From assembly GCA_951813565.1 (NCBI GenBank), contig OX638351.1, forward strand, positions 4,672,001 to 4,736,000: DNA of 64,000 nt, in the 5' to 3' direction. This DNA is from an uncultured Poribacteria bacterium. GTDB lineage: Bacteria; Poribacteria; WGA-4E; WGA-3G. The position numbers were made by a program, and so were the translations under genes. Below are positions 39,769 through 50,796 of this stretch, piece by piece; position 1 is the stretch's first letter, and each line of letters begins with the position of its first letter. A model generated the notes under the pieces. That model was not told the DNA's origin and ran no database searches. It saw nothing but the letters and a program-made list of their open reading frames with translations.

Positions 39769-39851
39769 GGGGGTGAAAGGATTCGACGGAGGACGAAAGC
39801 GTGGTTGCTTTCAATTTTCTCCGGATGTGGGTTCAATTCCCACCACCTCCA
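39769..39851 (+). ncRNA. Miniature tmRNA-like RNA: tRNA-like domain only, no tag ORF
   Basis: Acceptor stem GGGGGTG/CACCTCC with G3-U and discriminator A; stemless D-loop AAAGGATTCGA; helix CGGAGGA/TTCTCCG; T-arm GTGGG-TTCAATT-CCCAC. Confidence 0.8.
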
Positions 39852-40223
39852 TTTGAGTAAGTTGCCACACTTCAACTGATTGCTTCCCTCGCTTCCAACA
39901 CCTTCGCAACAACTGGATTTTTATACAGATACTTGGCTCAGAAAATGCGTATTTTGTGGATAGAATTGAGGTTAGATATGAATAGACGTATCTGTGTTTA
40001 TATCAAATATGATAACATTTCACTTTGCGAATTTGCAATGTGATTTGAGTGTAGGGGTTTCTTATGGCGAAATTCGGAGAGTGTTATCTTGTAGATAGAT
40101 TTATGGTATGGTTACGAAAAAGAAGAATGGACAATCTAACCTGATTATGATGGGCTTTTGCAGTCCTCAAAAAAGTTATTTGGTTTGTAATATTGGGTTC
40201 ATGACTTGCTAGAGATCAAAAAC

Positions 40224-41513
40224 TCAAGTCGTATCTGAATGTTGAAGCACCGCATCAAGCTGATCCATCACCTTGTGAAATGCTTCAACGTAATAAGACA
40301 TCAACTCAAGGTCGTTGGGCGGATTAACATCAAAGATGTAGCAGTGAGAGTCAATGAATTCAACGGCTTTAGGATAGTCCTCAGTCTTGTATTCAATAGT
40401 CGATTGATTGCATCGCCACGGGCAGCCTGTGCCGTAACCGATCCGGTTCTGGAAAATCTCTTGAGATGGGACAGGGAGTCGCTGCCACTGTCCAGATGGA
40501 ACACCCTCAGCGCGTAGCGCCGTTTGTATCTTCTCGCGCAAGGTCCGTGCAGGAATATCTAATCCCAACGCCTCTGGATTGAAACCGATGACATAGTTGT
40601 AATAAACGGGTTCGCATTCTTTTGGGGTAACAGGCGTCTCGATGCCATCAATTTCACTTAGATGTTCCGTGAGATAGTGGCAATTCTTGATTCGCATTGC
40701 ATTGTTCGCATCAAGCCGCTTGAGTTGGCTACGGATAAACGCTTGACTGAACATATCCCCACGATACATCCATCCGAGTCCATACGCGTTGTATTCCTGT
40801 TCCTCGCGTTCCCTACCCGGTACGACGATCTCCCCAAAATACTGCAACAACGCTGCGTGCTTGTAAATTTGCTCATCATCCGTTGTGAACAAACCGCCTT
40901 GACAACCGCTACTCAACGTCTTTGAGGCTTGGGTGCTATACCCCGCCGCGTCTCCGAACGCGCCGCAAGGTTTACCTTTATAATGTGCGCCATGTGCCTG
41001 CGCGACATCCTCAATTACTTTCAGATTATGTTTTTTTGCAACCTCCAGAATCGGATCCATATCGGCAGGCATACCGTGAATATGAACTGGCAGAATCGCG
41101 CGAGTCCGTTCGGTGATTTTCGCCTCAATCTCATTGGGATCAATACAATAGGTTACAGGGTCAATATCAACAAAGACAGGAATAGCGTTGTGATGGAGGA
41201 CGGCTGCTGCCGTCGCCCAGAAAGTGAAGGCGGGAACAATAACCTCATCGCCCGGTTCAATACCGACACCCGCGACACACAGATGCAACGCAGCGGTCCC
41301 ACTGTTGACGGGGATACAATACTCAACACCCATGTATTCCGCCCATTCCTTCGCGAGACCTTCGGATTGAATTCGTTGCTGTTCAGTAATTCTTTCGGAT
41401 GCGATAACCTCGGCAATCGCGTCCCTATCAGATTGGGTAACCTCTGGCCACGGTTGAATTAATCCATTAGGGACAGTCTTTTTTCCACCAGATATAGCGA
41501 GTTTTGCTGCCAT
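40224..41513 (-). CDS. DegT/DnrJ/EryC1/StrS family PLP aminotransferase
   Basis: NSGTAALH, VIVPAFTF, IEDVAQAHGA, STQASK. Confidence 0.92.
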   Translation of the reverse strand: MAAKLAISGGKKTVPNGLIQPWPEVTQSDRDAIAEVIASERITEQQRIQSEGLAKEWAEYMGVEYCIPVNSGTAALHLCVAGVGIEPGDEVIVPAFTFWATAAAVLHHNAIPVFVDIDPVTYCIDPNEIEAKITERTRAILPVHIHGMPADMDPILEVAKKHNLKVIEDVAQAHGAHYKGKPCGAFGDAAGYSTQASKTLSSGCQGGLFTTDDEQIYKHAALLQYFGEIVVPGREREEQEYNAYGLGWMYRGDMFSQAFIRSQLKRLDANNAMRIKNCHYLTEHLSEIDGIETPVTPKECEPVYYNYVIGFNPEALGLDIPARTLREKIQTALRAEGVPSGQWQRLPVPSQEIFQNRIGYGTGCPWRCNQSTIEYKTEDYPKAVEFIDSHCYIFDVNPPNDLELMSYYVEAFHKVMDQLDAVLQHSDTT

Positions 41514-41561
41514 GAACGACCTCCTTATATAGAGGTATATGTACGCTACGGTGCAGTAGAC

Positions 41562-43022
41562 TCATAGATGCGTGATCGCCTTTGGAATCCGCTTTAAAAC
41601 TTCGTTTCTACCGAGCAGCACGACAATATCAAAAAGACTCGGTCCGAACGAGGTCCCCGTTAGCGCAATCCGCAACGCCTGCATCGCCGCGACGCGTTTG
41701 ATGTTGTTCTCGTCTGTATACTTCCAAATTGCGGTTTCAATCGTTTCTATTTCAAACGTAGGGATTTCTTCCAAAATCTGTCCGAGATTTGTCAGAATCT
41801 CACAAGTTTTTTGCTTCTTCTCATCCGAACCTCCCCACCATTTCTTAACCGCTTTCGGTTCATACGCAAAGTCATCCATAAAGAAGTAGCGAGTCTGTGG
41901 AACAATATCTTGGAATGTTGTGAGCCGTTCACCCACTGCCTCAACTATTTCCTCAAGCCAGTCGCGTTTTGTAGTGGAATCCACCAAACCTTCTTGTTCC
42001 CAGAACGACATCACCGCGTCTGTCCGTGCTACCACATCAAGCTGGTTAATATAGTGAGAGTTGAGCCATTCCAGCTTCTTAATATCAAAGACACTGCCAC
42101 TTTTACCAACACGCTCAAGATCAAATTTCTCGATGAGTTCATCAACAGAAAAGATTTCCTGCTTGTCATCGTAGGACCAGCCGAGTCTCGCAACGAAGTT
42201 TAACATCGCTTCAGGAAGATACCCCTGCTCACGATATCGGTTGACAGCGACAAGATCACCGTGATGGCGTTTACTGAGTTTCCTACCGGAGTCGTCAAGC
42301 ACCAGCGGAATATGTGCGAATTGGGGTAGGTTCAAACCGAGAGAATTGGCAATGGCAATCTGTTTCGGTGTGTTGTTGAGGTGTTCCGTTCCACGAATTA
42401 CATGTGTAATCTGCATCTCCGCATCGTCAACAATAGAGGTGAGATTGTAGTTCGGCATGCCGTTTGAACGGACAATCACTTCGTCCTCTAAGGTATCGGG
42501 ATCGATATTGCGTGAACCGAGCACGAGGTCCTCAACAAGGATCGGTGTGTCAGGCATTTTTATGCGGACGGTTGGTTTTCTGCCCTCGGGGACAAAGCGT
42601 TCCACTTCCTCCGATGTCAGGTGTCGGCACCTTCTATCGTAGGAACGAGTCTGCTTATCAGCACGAGCCTGCGTACGGATCTCTTCAAGTTCTTCAGGTG
42701 TGCAGTAGCAGTGATATGCATTGCCACTTGCGAGCAATTGTTCAACGTGACTGTCGTAGATATTCTTCCGCTCTGATTGGACATACTGTTCGTCCCAATT
42801 GATGCCCAACCACTTCAACGCATCGTAAATCTCGTGCATGGATTCATCGGTGGAACGCGCCGTGTCCGTATCGTCAATACGGAGAATGAATGTGCCGTTG
42901 TGGTGTTTGGCAAACAACCAATTAAACAGAGCCGTTCTTGCACCGCCAATATGTAAGAAACCGGTAGGAGAGGGCGCCATACGGACTCTAACTTGGTAAT
43001 TTGGAACAGATGTTTCGTTCAT
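41562..43022 (-). CDS. gltX: Glutamate--tRNA ligase
   Basis: [22 protein letters not shown] overlap with glnS stop. Confidence 0.96.
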   Translation of the reverse strand: MNETSVPNYQVRVRMAPSPTGFLHIGGARTALFNWLFAKHHNGTFILRIDDTDTARSTDESMHEIYDALKWLGINWDEQYVQSERKNIYDSHVEQLLASGNAYHCYCTPEELEEIRTQARADKQTRSYDRRCRHLTSEEVERFVPEGRKPTVRIKMPDTPILVEDLVLGSRNIDPDTLEDEVIVRSNGMPNYNLTSIVDDAEMQITHVIRGTEHLNNTPKQIAIANSLGLNLPQFAHIPLVLDDSGRKLSKRHHGDLVAVNRYREQGYLPEAMLNFVARLGWSYDDKQEIFSVDELIEKFDLERVGKSGSVFDIKKLEWLNSHYINQLDVVARTDAVMSFWEQEGLVDSTTKRDWLEEIVEAVGERLTTFQDIVPQTRYFFMDDFAYEPKAVKKWWGGSDEKKQKTCEILTNLGQILEEIPTFEIETIETAIWKYTDENNIKRVAAMQALRIALTGTSFGPSLFDIVVLLGRNEVLKRIPKAITHL

Positions 43023-44761
43023 TTTTGTCCTTTCTGAATTTTTGCCCAAGAATCTCGCAGCGGTACTGTACGGTTGAATACTAATTTTTCTGGCGTTGTG
43101 TCTGAATCAACACAAAAGTATCCTATCCGCAGGAACTGATATCGATTTTCAGGCGGAGCATCGACAAGACTCGGTTCCACTTTGCAGTTATCAAGAATCT
43201 CTAACGAATCTGGATTGAGGAATTGGATCCAGTCAGCACCATCCGCTGAATTTTCAGGTTCGCGTTCTGTAAAGAGCGAATCATATAGGCGCACTTCAGC
43301 GTTAACAGCATGTTCAGCAGAAACCCAGTGCAGTGTGCCTTGCACTCGCCGTCCGTCATCAGACCAACCGCCACGCGTCTCAGGATCATACGTACAGTGA
43401 ATTTCAACAATTTCATCTGTGTTTTCATCTTTAACAACGTTTTCGCAGGTAATATAGTATGCATGCTTAAGCCGAACTTCGCGCCCTGGTGCTAATCTAT
43501 AAAATTTTCGTGGGGGGTCTTCCATAAAATCTTCACGTTCAATATAGATTTCTCGTGAGAATGGAATTTCCCTTGTGCCTGCATTTTCATCTTCGGGATT
43601 ATTATCGGCATCAAGCATTTCAACTTGTCCATTAGGATAGTTGTCAATAATCACTTTAACCGGATTGAGAACAGCCATGACACGAGGTGCCCGTTTATTC
43701 AGATCATCTCGGATAGAGTATTCAAGTTGTCCTATTTCAATGAGGTTATCGGCTTTTGATACACCGATACGGTTGCAAAAATCTCGGATAGATTCTGGTG
43801 TATAACCGCGACGTCGCATTCCCGCAAGTGTAGGTAATCTTGGATCATCCCACCCGTTGACGTGTCCTTCCTCAACAAGTATTTTGAGTTTCCGTTTGCC
43901 AAGCACGGTATATGTAAGGTTCAACCGAGCAAACTCAATCTGTCGAGGCTGATATATTTCCAATGATTCCAAAAACCAATCGTAGAGCGGACGATGATCT
44001 TCAAATTGAACATCACATAAGGAGTGTGTTACGCCTTCAATAGAATCTGATTGACCGTGTGTAAAATCGTAGGTGGGATAGATACACCAATTGTCCGCGT
44101 GCCTGTAGTGATGTGCACGAAGGATACGATACATCACAGGATCGCGCATATTCAGATTCGGGCTTGCCATATCAATTTTTGCACGAAGGGTACGAGAACC
44201 GTCTGGGAATTCATCATTACGCATTCCATTGAACAAAGTTAGATTTTCTTCAACAGGACGGTTACGGTAGGGACTATCTTTGCCGGGTGTCACTAAAGTG
44301 CCGCGATAAGTCCGCATTTCATCTGGTGTCAGATCGCAGACGTAAGCTTTCTCTTTTTTTATCAGTTTGACAGCATATTCATAGAGTGTCTCAAAATAGT
44401 CGGAGGCGTGGAATTCGCGTTCCTCCCAATCAAATCCGAGCCAATACACATCGCGTTTAATAGCTTCTACGTATTCGCTTTCTTCAGTGATAGGATTGCT
44501 GTCATCAAATCGGAGGTTGTAAAGTCCGCCATAATCTTCGGCGATGCCGAAACTAATACAGATAGCTTTAGCGTGTCCGATATGGAGGTATCCACTCGGT
44601 TCTGGGGGGAATCGGGTATGCACCCTACCGTCAAATCTATTTGATGCTATATCTTCTTCAATTGCTTGTCGGATAAAGTTTGTATCAGATGTATTGCTAC
44701 CGTTTTCTTGTGTATTCGTTTTGATTTTGTTTTTTTTTGAGTCGGATTTTGGATGATTCAT
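43019..44761 (-). CDS. glnS: Glutamine--tRNA ligase
   Basis: [40 protein letters not shown]. Confidence 0.96.
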   Translation of the reverse strand: MNHPKSDSKKNKIKTNTQENGSNTSDTNFIRQAIEEDIASNRFDGRVHTRFPPEPSGYLHIGHAKAICISFGIAEDYGGLYNLRFDDSNPITEESEYVEAIKRDVYWLGFDWEEREFHASDYFETLYEYAVKLIKKEKAYVCDLTPDEMRTYRGTLVTPGKDSPYRNRPVEENLTLFNGMRNDEFPDGSRTLRAKIDMASPNLNMRDPVMYRILRAHHYRHADNWCIYPTYDFTHGQSDSIEGVTHSLCDVQFEDHRPLYDWFLESLEIYQPRQIEFARLNLTYTVLGKRKLKILVEEGHVNGWDDPRLPTLAGMRRRGYTPESIRDFCNRIGVSKADNLIEIGQLEYSIRDDLNKRAPRVMAVLNPVKVIIDNYPNGQVEMLDADNNPEDENAGTREIPFSREIYIEREDFMEDPPRKFYRLAPGREVRLKHAYYITCENVVKDENTDEIVEIHCTYDPETRGGWSDDGRRVQGTLHWVSAEHAVNAEVRLYDSLFTEREPENSADGADWIQFLNPDSLEILDNCKVEPSLVDAPPENRYQFLRIGYFCVDSDTTPEKLVFNRTVPLRDSWAKIQKGQK

Positions 44762-44936
44762 GAACACCTCCTGAGACTAATAAATTATACTTTCAAAATG
44801 TGTCAAAGTCAAAATTTTTGCGTTGGATGTGAGGGCAATTAGTATTTAGCCATCAAAGAAAAATGAAACCTCGCTATTAAGGATGGCGTTAAAAGTTTAG
44901 GAAGGAGTAACCTTATAACTATTAAGGGGGATACAG

Positions 44937-45140
44937 ATGTATAAAGATCCAAAACGATATACCGCTGACCGGCAACCGTTAGACGAAAGAAAATTAGATT
45001 ATTACGAATTAGCGGTGTATTTTGCAGCAGCAAAGGCACAAGAGGAAGAATTTCGTTGGGATAATTTTATTGATAACCTTTCTTTTATTTGTGACAAATT
45101 TGCATCGCATATAAAATCAGACGGTGCTTCTCAACTGTAA
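44937..45140 (+). CDS. Small hypothetical protein (67 aa)
   Basis: AAGGGGG RBS; downstream terminator-like hairpin. Confidence 0.5.
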   Translation: MYKDPKRYTADRQPLDERKLDYYELAVYFAAAKAQEEEFRWDNFIDNLSFICDKFASHIKSDGASQL

Positions 45141-45176
45141 ATTTGGTGAATGTCACAAGTCTCAATTTCTCTAAAG

Positions 45177-45212
45177 AGGGTAGTGTTTTTCAAAACCTAC
45201 CCTATATTTTTT
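45177..45212. terminator. Rho-independent terminator between convergent genes
   Basis: AGGGTAG...CTACCCT stem followed by a T tract. Confidence 0.55.
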
Positions 45213-45214
45213 AA

Positions 45215-46459
45215 CTAAATCACTTCGCTCAACTTCGGGTGGTTTTTGAAGATATTTACGAGATTCATCACTAACTTTTCAGGATGATGGCGTATAACGT
45301 TCATCTGCTCTCCACCTAACCACGTTCCAATTTCGGTAACAACCATGTCTCTGATTAAATCTGCTTCAACAACGGTAATGCCTTCATCTTCAAGTCTCTC
45401 CTGCTCCCGGTTATAGGAAACCTGCACTTTTGAAGCGTCCGCAACCTGGACAGTCTCAGCAGAGAGTGTTGAAATATCCTTAGCAAGATCAAGAACCTCC
45501 ATCAGATGTTCGGTATCTTCAGCCAGTTTTGAAAGCCCTTCGTCAGACAAAGAACGAATTCGGGTAAGTTGCGAAACCAACTCATTCCGAACATACCCTT
45601 GCATGATTTCTTGCGGTGCAGGTTGATTATTAACTAAAACATAATCTATCGGAATTTTGGCGTGGTTAAGAATAGCATTGACATGGTCAGTGACTGCGTA
45701 ACCATCGGTCTCTCCGGGCTGCGTCATCACATTACAAACATAAATTTTCACAGCGTTCGAACGTTGAATTGCTTCAACAATGCCTTTTATTACAAGATTC
45801 GGCATGATACTGGTGTAAAGGCTCCCTGGACCGATGATAATTGCATCCGCATTAACGAGTGCTTCCATTGCTGCCTCGTGTGCTTGACATTCATAAACTT
45901 CGTCTGGGGAATGATGTGTTTTGCCGTTCTCACGGGGTTCAAAAAACACGCGTTTAATCGGTTCCCGATTTTCGCGTGTCGGAATGGTTGATTCACCTCG
46001 GACGATCTCACCATTTGTGAGTTCGGCGCAAAGAACGGTATAATCTAAGGTAACAGGGATAATTTGTCCACGCACAGCGAGGAGCCGTGATGCAGCTTGA
46101 ATCGCTTTTGGAAAATTGCCCTGGAATTGTTCGGTCAAGGCAGTTAATAATAAATTTCCGATTGTATGTCCACCGAGGTCACCATTACTTGAAAAGCGGT
46201 ATTCCCAAAGTCCAGCAAGTTCGTCTGCATCGGACAGTGTCCATAATAGCCTGCGGATATCACCTGGCGGAAGCACATCAAATTCTTCAACGAGACGTCC
46301 TGAGCTGCCACCGTCGTCAGAAACAGTAACAATCGCTGCCAAACTATCCAGATCAATAATTTTTTCGTTATCTGTTTCCAGATTAGCATAGTACTTAATC
46401 CCACTGAGCAGTGCGGATAATCCACTTCCACCGCCAATGCAGGCAATTTTCAAAGACAT
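45215..46459 (-). CDS. yvcK: YvcK/UPF0052 (gluconeogenesis factor, UDP-GlcNAc-binding) family protein
   Basis: IGGGSGLS, VSDDGGSSG, PPGDIR, GPGSLYTS, NVMTQPGET, IRH. Confidence 0.88.
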   Translation of the reverse strand: MSLKIACIGGGSGLSALLSGIKYYANLETDNEKIIDLDSLAAIVTVSDDGGSSGRLVEEFDVLPPGDIRRLLWTLSDADELAGLWEYRFSSNGDLGGHTIGNLLLTALTEQFQGNFPKAIQAASRLLAVRGQIIPVTLDYTVLCAELTNGEIVRGESTIPTRENREPIKRVFFEPRENGKTHHSPDEVYECQAHEAAMEALVNADAIIIGPGSLYTSIMPNLVIKGIVEAIQRSNAVKIYVCNVMTQPGETDGYAVTDHVNAILNHAKIPIDYVLVNNQPAPQEIMQGYVRNELVSQLTRIRSLSDEGLSKLAEDTEHLMEVLDLAKDISTLSAETVQVADASKVQVSYNREQERLEDEGITVVEADLIRDMVVTEIGTWLGGEQMNVIRHHPEKLVMNLVNIFKNHPKLSEVI

Positions 46460-46583
46460 AATTTCTCCAAACTACCAAGATAGTGGTTAGTATTTCTTTA
46501 TAGCAAACTTAACCACAAAATACGACTGTTGCACAGTCCTGAAAGACAAAAATATAGGACTCGTTTTGTCATAAATAACGCAT

Positions 46584-47990
46584 TTAAAGGTTTATCTGTT
46601 TCATTAACATCTTCAAGTTTTCAAGAGTCTCATCACAAAGTGCTTCTGCTTCTATTGTCGTAGGTGCTTCACTGAAAACACGAATTACCGGTTCCGTTCC
46701 CGATTTACGGATGTTTACCCATCTATCATCCCAAACGCGCTTGATACCGTCGGTTAATTCAAGAAATGGTCCGGATTGGGCAGTTGAGGTGCTCTCTTTC
46801 TCATACATTTTCAGAGCGAGTTCAACGAGTTGCGTTGCGACCTCTTGTGATGGAATCTCCAATTTTTTTCGGCACATCTCGTAGTGTGGCATGGCTTCAA
46901 CATGTGCTGACACTGTGGTATTAGATTCGGCAAGATGTTGAATAATTGCTGCGATAGAGGTAATACCATCTGTAGTATAGTTAATAGAGGGATAGATTAC
47001 CCCTCCTGTGCCTTCACCTCCGATAACAGCATTGGTTTCGTGCATTGCCTCAACCACCCATCCTACACCAACTTTCGTTCGATGTAGTGTTACGCCGTGC
47101 TTTGCAGCAATATCATCCATCATTCGGCTTGTTGATACTGTGACGACTATGTCTCCCTTTGTTTTACTTAAAATAAAATCTGCTACGAAAGCAACGGTCC
47201 ATTCGCCGCTCAATGCTATGCCGCCATCCGTAACAATTACAACCCTATCCGCATCACCATCATGGGCAAATCCTATATCTGCCCGTGTTTCACGTACCTT
47301 TTTACACAGTTCACCTAAAGCATCAGGTGTGGGTTCTGCGGGACGACGAAAATTACCATCAGGCACACAATTAATTTCAACTACCTCACAGCCCAGTTCA
47401 TGCAATAGGACTGGACTAATTACACATCCCGCACCGTTCCCACAATCAAGTGCTACCTTCAAATTGGTATTTCGGATTAAATCTACGTCAAGCCACGGTG
47501 AACTGAGAATTTGCTTAAGATGATGTTCGGTAGCATCTTTGAATACCTCAAGTGTTCCTTGCTTGTCCCATTGTGCTAAGGTAAAATCTTCAGTTTCATA
47601 GGTGTGTGTCAATTTGTCTCGTTCTGTTTGTGTCAGGAGCTTTCCAGACTCTGACGCAAATTCTATGCCATTCCACTCTACCGGGTTATGGCTCGCTGTG
47701 ATAGTAATACAACCTTGCGCGCCGAGCGTTTTCGCCATCAAAAGAACAGTAGGCGTAGGACACAAACCGACATCAATAACGTGACACCCTGTGGCAAAAA
47801 GTCCAGCAAGCACCGCGTGCCGAATCATCGGACTTGAGGTGCGCGAATCTCGCCCCATTACCACAGTTTTACCACCAACAAATGTGCCAAATGCAAGCGC
47901 AAACCGCGTGATGATACGCGCATCAAGCGAAATGCCAACCTGCCCCCGAACCCCTGAAACGCTAATTATTGGGTCTTTTGTCTTAGTCAT
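46584..47990 (-). CDS. Phosphoglucosamine mutase / phosphomannomutase family
   Basis: ITASHNP, DGDADR, GGEGTG, RKSGTEP. Confidence 0.9.
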   Translation of the reverse strand: MTKTKDPIISVSGVRGQVGISLDARIITRFALAFGTFVGGKTVVMGRDSRTSSPMIRHAVLAGLFATGCHVIDVGLCPTPTVLLMAKTLGAQGCITITASHNPVEWNGIEFASESGKLLTQTERDKLTHTYETEDFTLAQWDKQGTLEVFKDATEHHLKQILSSPWLDVDLIRNTNLKVALDCGNGAGCVISPVLLHELGCEVVEINCVPDGNFRRPAEPTPDALGELCKKVRETRADIGFAHDGDADRVVIVTDGGIALSGEWTVAFVADFILSKTKGDIVVTVSTSRMMDDIAAKHGVTLHRTKVGVGWVVEAMHETNAVIGGEGTGGVIYPSINYTTDGITSIAAIIQHLAESNTTVSAHVEAMPHYEMCRKKLEIPSQEVATQLVELALKMYEKESTSTAQSGPFLELTDGIKRVWDDRWVNIRKSGTEPVIRVFSEAPTTIEAEALCDETLENLKMLMKQINL

Positions 47991-48829
47991 GAAGCATTAA
48001 GTCTCTTTACAGTAATAGTTGCAATCTTAAATATATAGATACAAACTTTGCGGATTCTACATATTAGCCATGAAACTAAAAAACAACATCCTGCTATCAA
48101 AAGTTGCCAGAAACAGATAATATACCAAGATGGGTATGAGAAATCATAAGACGTAATCGGTGTTCGTTCATAGAGCAAAGGTGTCCTAAAAATGTCCATC
48201 CCGTCAAAGATATTGCACACGGCAACAAGCGGATTTAGGTGAAGAACAGGCTGAATAATCGGTTGAAGATTGTTGATATATCGTCCTAAGGGCATGAAAA
48301 AAAATGCACTGCCAATTAAAATGCATGACAAAAAATAGGCACACTCTGTTCCAAAGATAGCATCCTTGAAAACCTGTGTGCCCCACATGCCAATGGCACC
48401 CGTCGAAAAACTAAAAAGCCCCAAAACAACTAACATCTTCAACACTTTATCGATTGACATGCCGATAACAAAGACCGAAAAATTCGTTGATAAAAACACC
48501 CAACATAACAGCGGAATCTGACTAATTGCAAACCGTATCAAGAGGGGCTTGCCAAAAGAGATAGGGCTAAGTGATAGTAAATGCGCGGAAGAACTACTTC
48601 CGCTTTCAGATCGCACACTTAAAGCTGCTAAATAGGGCGCTACTAAAAGTACAACGAATGTCTGTGCAAGCGCAAAACATTCCGCAGACGAACCGAGTTT
48701 CGCGTGTGTCAACAATTGGTATGTCAACCATTGAAGAAAGCTTGCAATACCGATACAAACGAGGAATGTTTTCTTACTGTAAGGCTTGGCTTCAATAACA
48801 GCATTCATTGTTGCTACCCATAACTGCAC
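47987..48829 (-). CDS. Hypothetical polytopic membrane protein (ABC-2 permease-like)
   Basis: About six TM segments; translationally coupled to neighbours. Confidence 0.6.
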   Translation of the reverse strand: MQLWVATMNAVIEAKPYSKKTFLVCIGIASFLQWLTYQLLTHAKLGSSAECFALAQTFVVLLVAPYLAALSVRSESGSSSSAHLLSLSPISFGKPLLIRFAISQIPLLCWVFLSTNFSVFVIGMSIDKVLKMLVVLGLFSFSTGAIGMWGTQVFKDAIFGTECAYFLSCILIGSAFFFMPLGRYINNLQPIIQPVLHLNPLVAVCNIFDGMDIFRTPLLYERTPITSYDFSYPSWYIICFWQLLIAGCCFLVSWLICRIRKVCIYIFKIATITVKRLNAS

Positions 48830-49483
48830 TTATTCTTCTTGGAGCTCACGTCGAAGCTGCATAAGCGACTCGGCAATAGAAACAAGATTCGGATTAATAA
48901 TTAATGCCTGTTTATAAGCGTCAACCGCTTCATCAATTTTACCTAATCTGAGATAAACATGCCCCATGCCTGCAAATGCACCAAAATGATGTGAATTGAG
49001 TTTAATTGTCTGTTTACAATCTTTGAGTGCGTTTTCCCACGCTTCCAGCATAAAATAGGCGATCGCGCGTTGGTTATACCCCTCAGCAAAATTTGGTGAT
49101 GTTTCAATTACCGCGGTAAATTGTTCTACTGCTTCTGTAAAGTTTTCATTCTTAAGGTGTCTTTTACCCGTTTTGAGCATTTTGTCAACGGATTCGTCCC
49201 CTGAGCGGGACCATACGTTCCACAACGCTATTTCAGTGTTAAGGCATGCGCGAAGATCGTCATTTTTGAGGTTTTCCACTAACGCCGGAACCACGTTCAT
49301 ACCGCCGACTAATCCGAGCGCAGTGGCTGCAGCGCGACCCACCAGTGGATCTTCGTTTTGAAGATAGTCTATTAGATCGCCTTCAGAGTATTTTGATGTG
49401 AGAAGTTCTTTAAGGCTTTCTTCATCTGCTGCGTTTTTGAACATCTGTACCGCTAATTCCGAAAATCCGTTGCGTGCTGGCAT
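48830..49483 (-). CDS. HEAT-repeat + TPR protein
   Basis: RAAATALGLVG HEAT-like; FAEGYNQRA and HFGAFAGMG TPRs. Confidence 0.85.
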   Translation of the reverse strand: MPARNGFSELAVQMFKNAADEESLKELLTSKYSEGDLIDYLQNEDPLVGRAAATALGLVGGMNVVPALVENLKNDDLRACLNTEIALWNVWSRSGDESVDKMLKTGKRHLKNENFTEAVEQFTAVIETSPNFAEGYNQRAIAYFMLEAWENALKDCKQTIKLNSHHFGAFAGMGHVYLRLGKIDEAVDAYKQALIINPNLVSIAESLMQLRRELQEE

Positions 49484-49638
49484 GGTTATTCCTCCTTATT
49501 TCATGTTGATTATAGCATATCTTTGTTGAAAATAACAATGCAAAAGTCTATGGCTATGGTAGATTTTACAATTAGCGATATCCCTTCTATCGGCGCGCTT
49601 ACAAAGCGCGTCTACCAGTAGGCGTCTACATTTTTATA

Positions 49639-50777
49639 CGCAATAAGTCGTTTTGGACTTGGAAGTTTTTATTTTTCAGATTTCTCACGTTATACTTTCG
49701 GTGAGAAACTTTTCAAAGATGTTGGTTTCTCGGTAGTTATATTTATAGCATGCCTCTGCGAGATACAGGGGCGTGTATCTTGTTGAGTAGTGGTGGTGTT
49801 GTCCATACCATGCCCTCTTGACGAAAGACCAAAAGCCTTCCATCGTATTGGTATGGATGTCGCCAGCCTCCCATTTCTCACTACGGTTAAGTGTCTCATG
49901 TTTCATTTCCTTACCGATTTCGTTGTAGCCTCTATACTGATCAGTAATGAGTTCAGAATCTTCGGTATTGACGAATCTGTTGATGAAGTCGGAGATCGTC
50001 TCACCAGTGACGTTGGATACGAGTTGTGCGATGACGTGTCCACCACGTGCGACTGCGCCCAGCACGGCATCTTTAGCGGTGCCGCGTCCGCGTTTACGGG
50101 GTTCACCATCCTCCCGGTCATAGTCTTTGCGACGCTTACCACCGATATAGGTTTCATCTGCTTCAATGACCCCTTGTAGTAAGACATTATCCTTTCCCAT
50201 CTCTGTGCGTATAGCCATCATTAGACACCAAGCAGCTTTCTGTTTCATCCCTAAATCGCGTGCCAGTTGATAGGAGGACAAACTTTTCTTTGCGTTTGCC
50301 ATGAGAGCGATAGCGAGAAACCACTTTTGGAGCGGTATTTTCGTGCCGTGAAATATTGTGCCGTGTGTCACCTTGAATGTAGCACGGCAATCGTGGCAGT
50401 TCCAGCGTTCGACACGCCCAACCTCGTGTTCGTTCCGCCTTCGGACGTTTAGACTTGGACAATGCGGGCATTCTGGGGATTCTTTTCATCGGAGCCGCTC
50501 CAGATATTCGATGCAATCCTCTTGCGTTGAGAACGTCTTCATCACCTTGATTAGATCCATCAGAAAACACTCCTGTTTTTTGGAGTTGCATTTTTCTGAT
50601 AGTTTCTGATACAATATCAGATAAGTGTGAACCAGAAAAGCAACTCGCTTTTTTGAGTTTCAAATAGGGGGTTGATACCCCCTATTTTCTTACTGATATT
50701 ATACTATGAAAACCCTTTATTTACAAGGGTTTAGCGCACTTTTCCAACTTTTGTCAAGTCCAAAACGACTTATTCCG
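49639..50777 (-). mobile_element. IS1595-family insertion sequence
   Basis: 23-bp TIRs CG(C/G)AATAAGTCGTTTTGGACTTG (one mismatch); 8-bp TSD TTTTTATA at 49631-49638 and 50778-50785. Confidence 0.92.
49685..50560 (-). pseudogene. IS1595 transposase with in-frame TGA at codon 25
   Basis: MDLIKVMKTF..YLERLR*KESPECPHC..CHDC zinc ribbon, then EADETYIGG, LITD, NTMEGFWS; stop at 50486-50488. Confidence 0.88.
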
Positions 50778-50796
50778 TTTTTATATTTAGGCATAA

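Noticed and set aside
39769..39851. Ordinary tRNA-Ala or an integration (att) remnant of ssrA
   Set aside because: There is no D-stem or 7-nt anticodon loop. An att duplication would carry only one end, whereas both ends are present and paired, and no integrase is nearby.
50486..50488. TGA recoding (Trp or Sec)
   Set aside because: TGA is used as a normal stop in many genes here; a single nonsense mutation in an IS is simpler.
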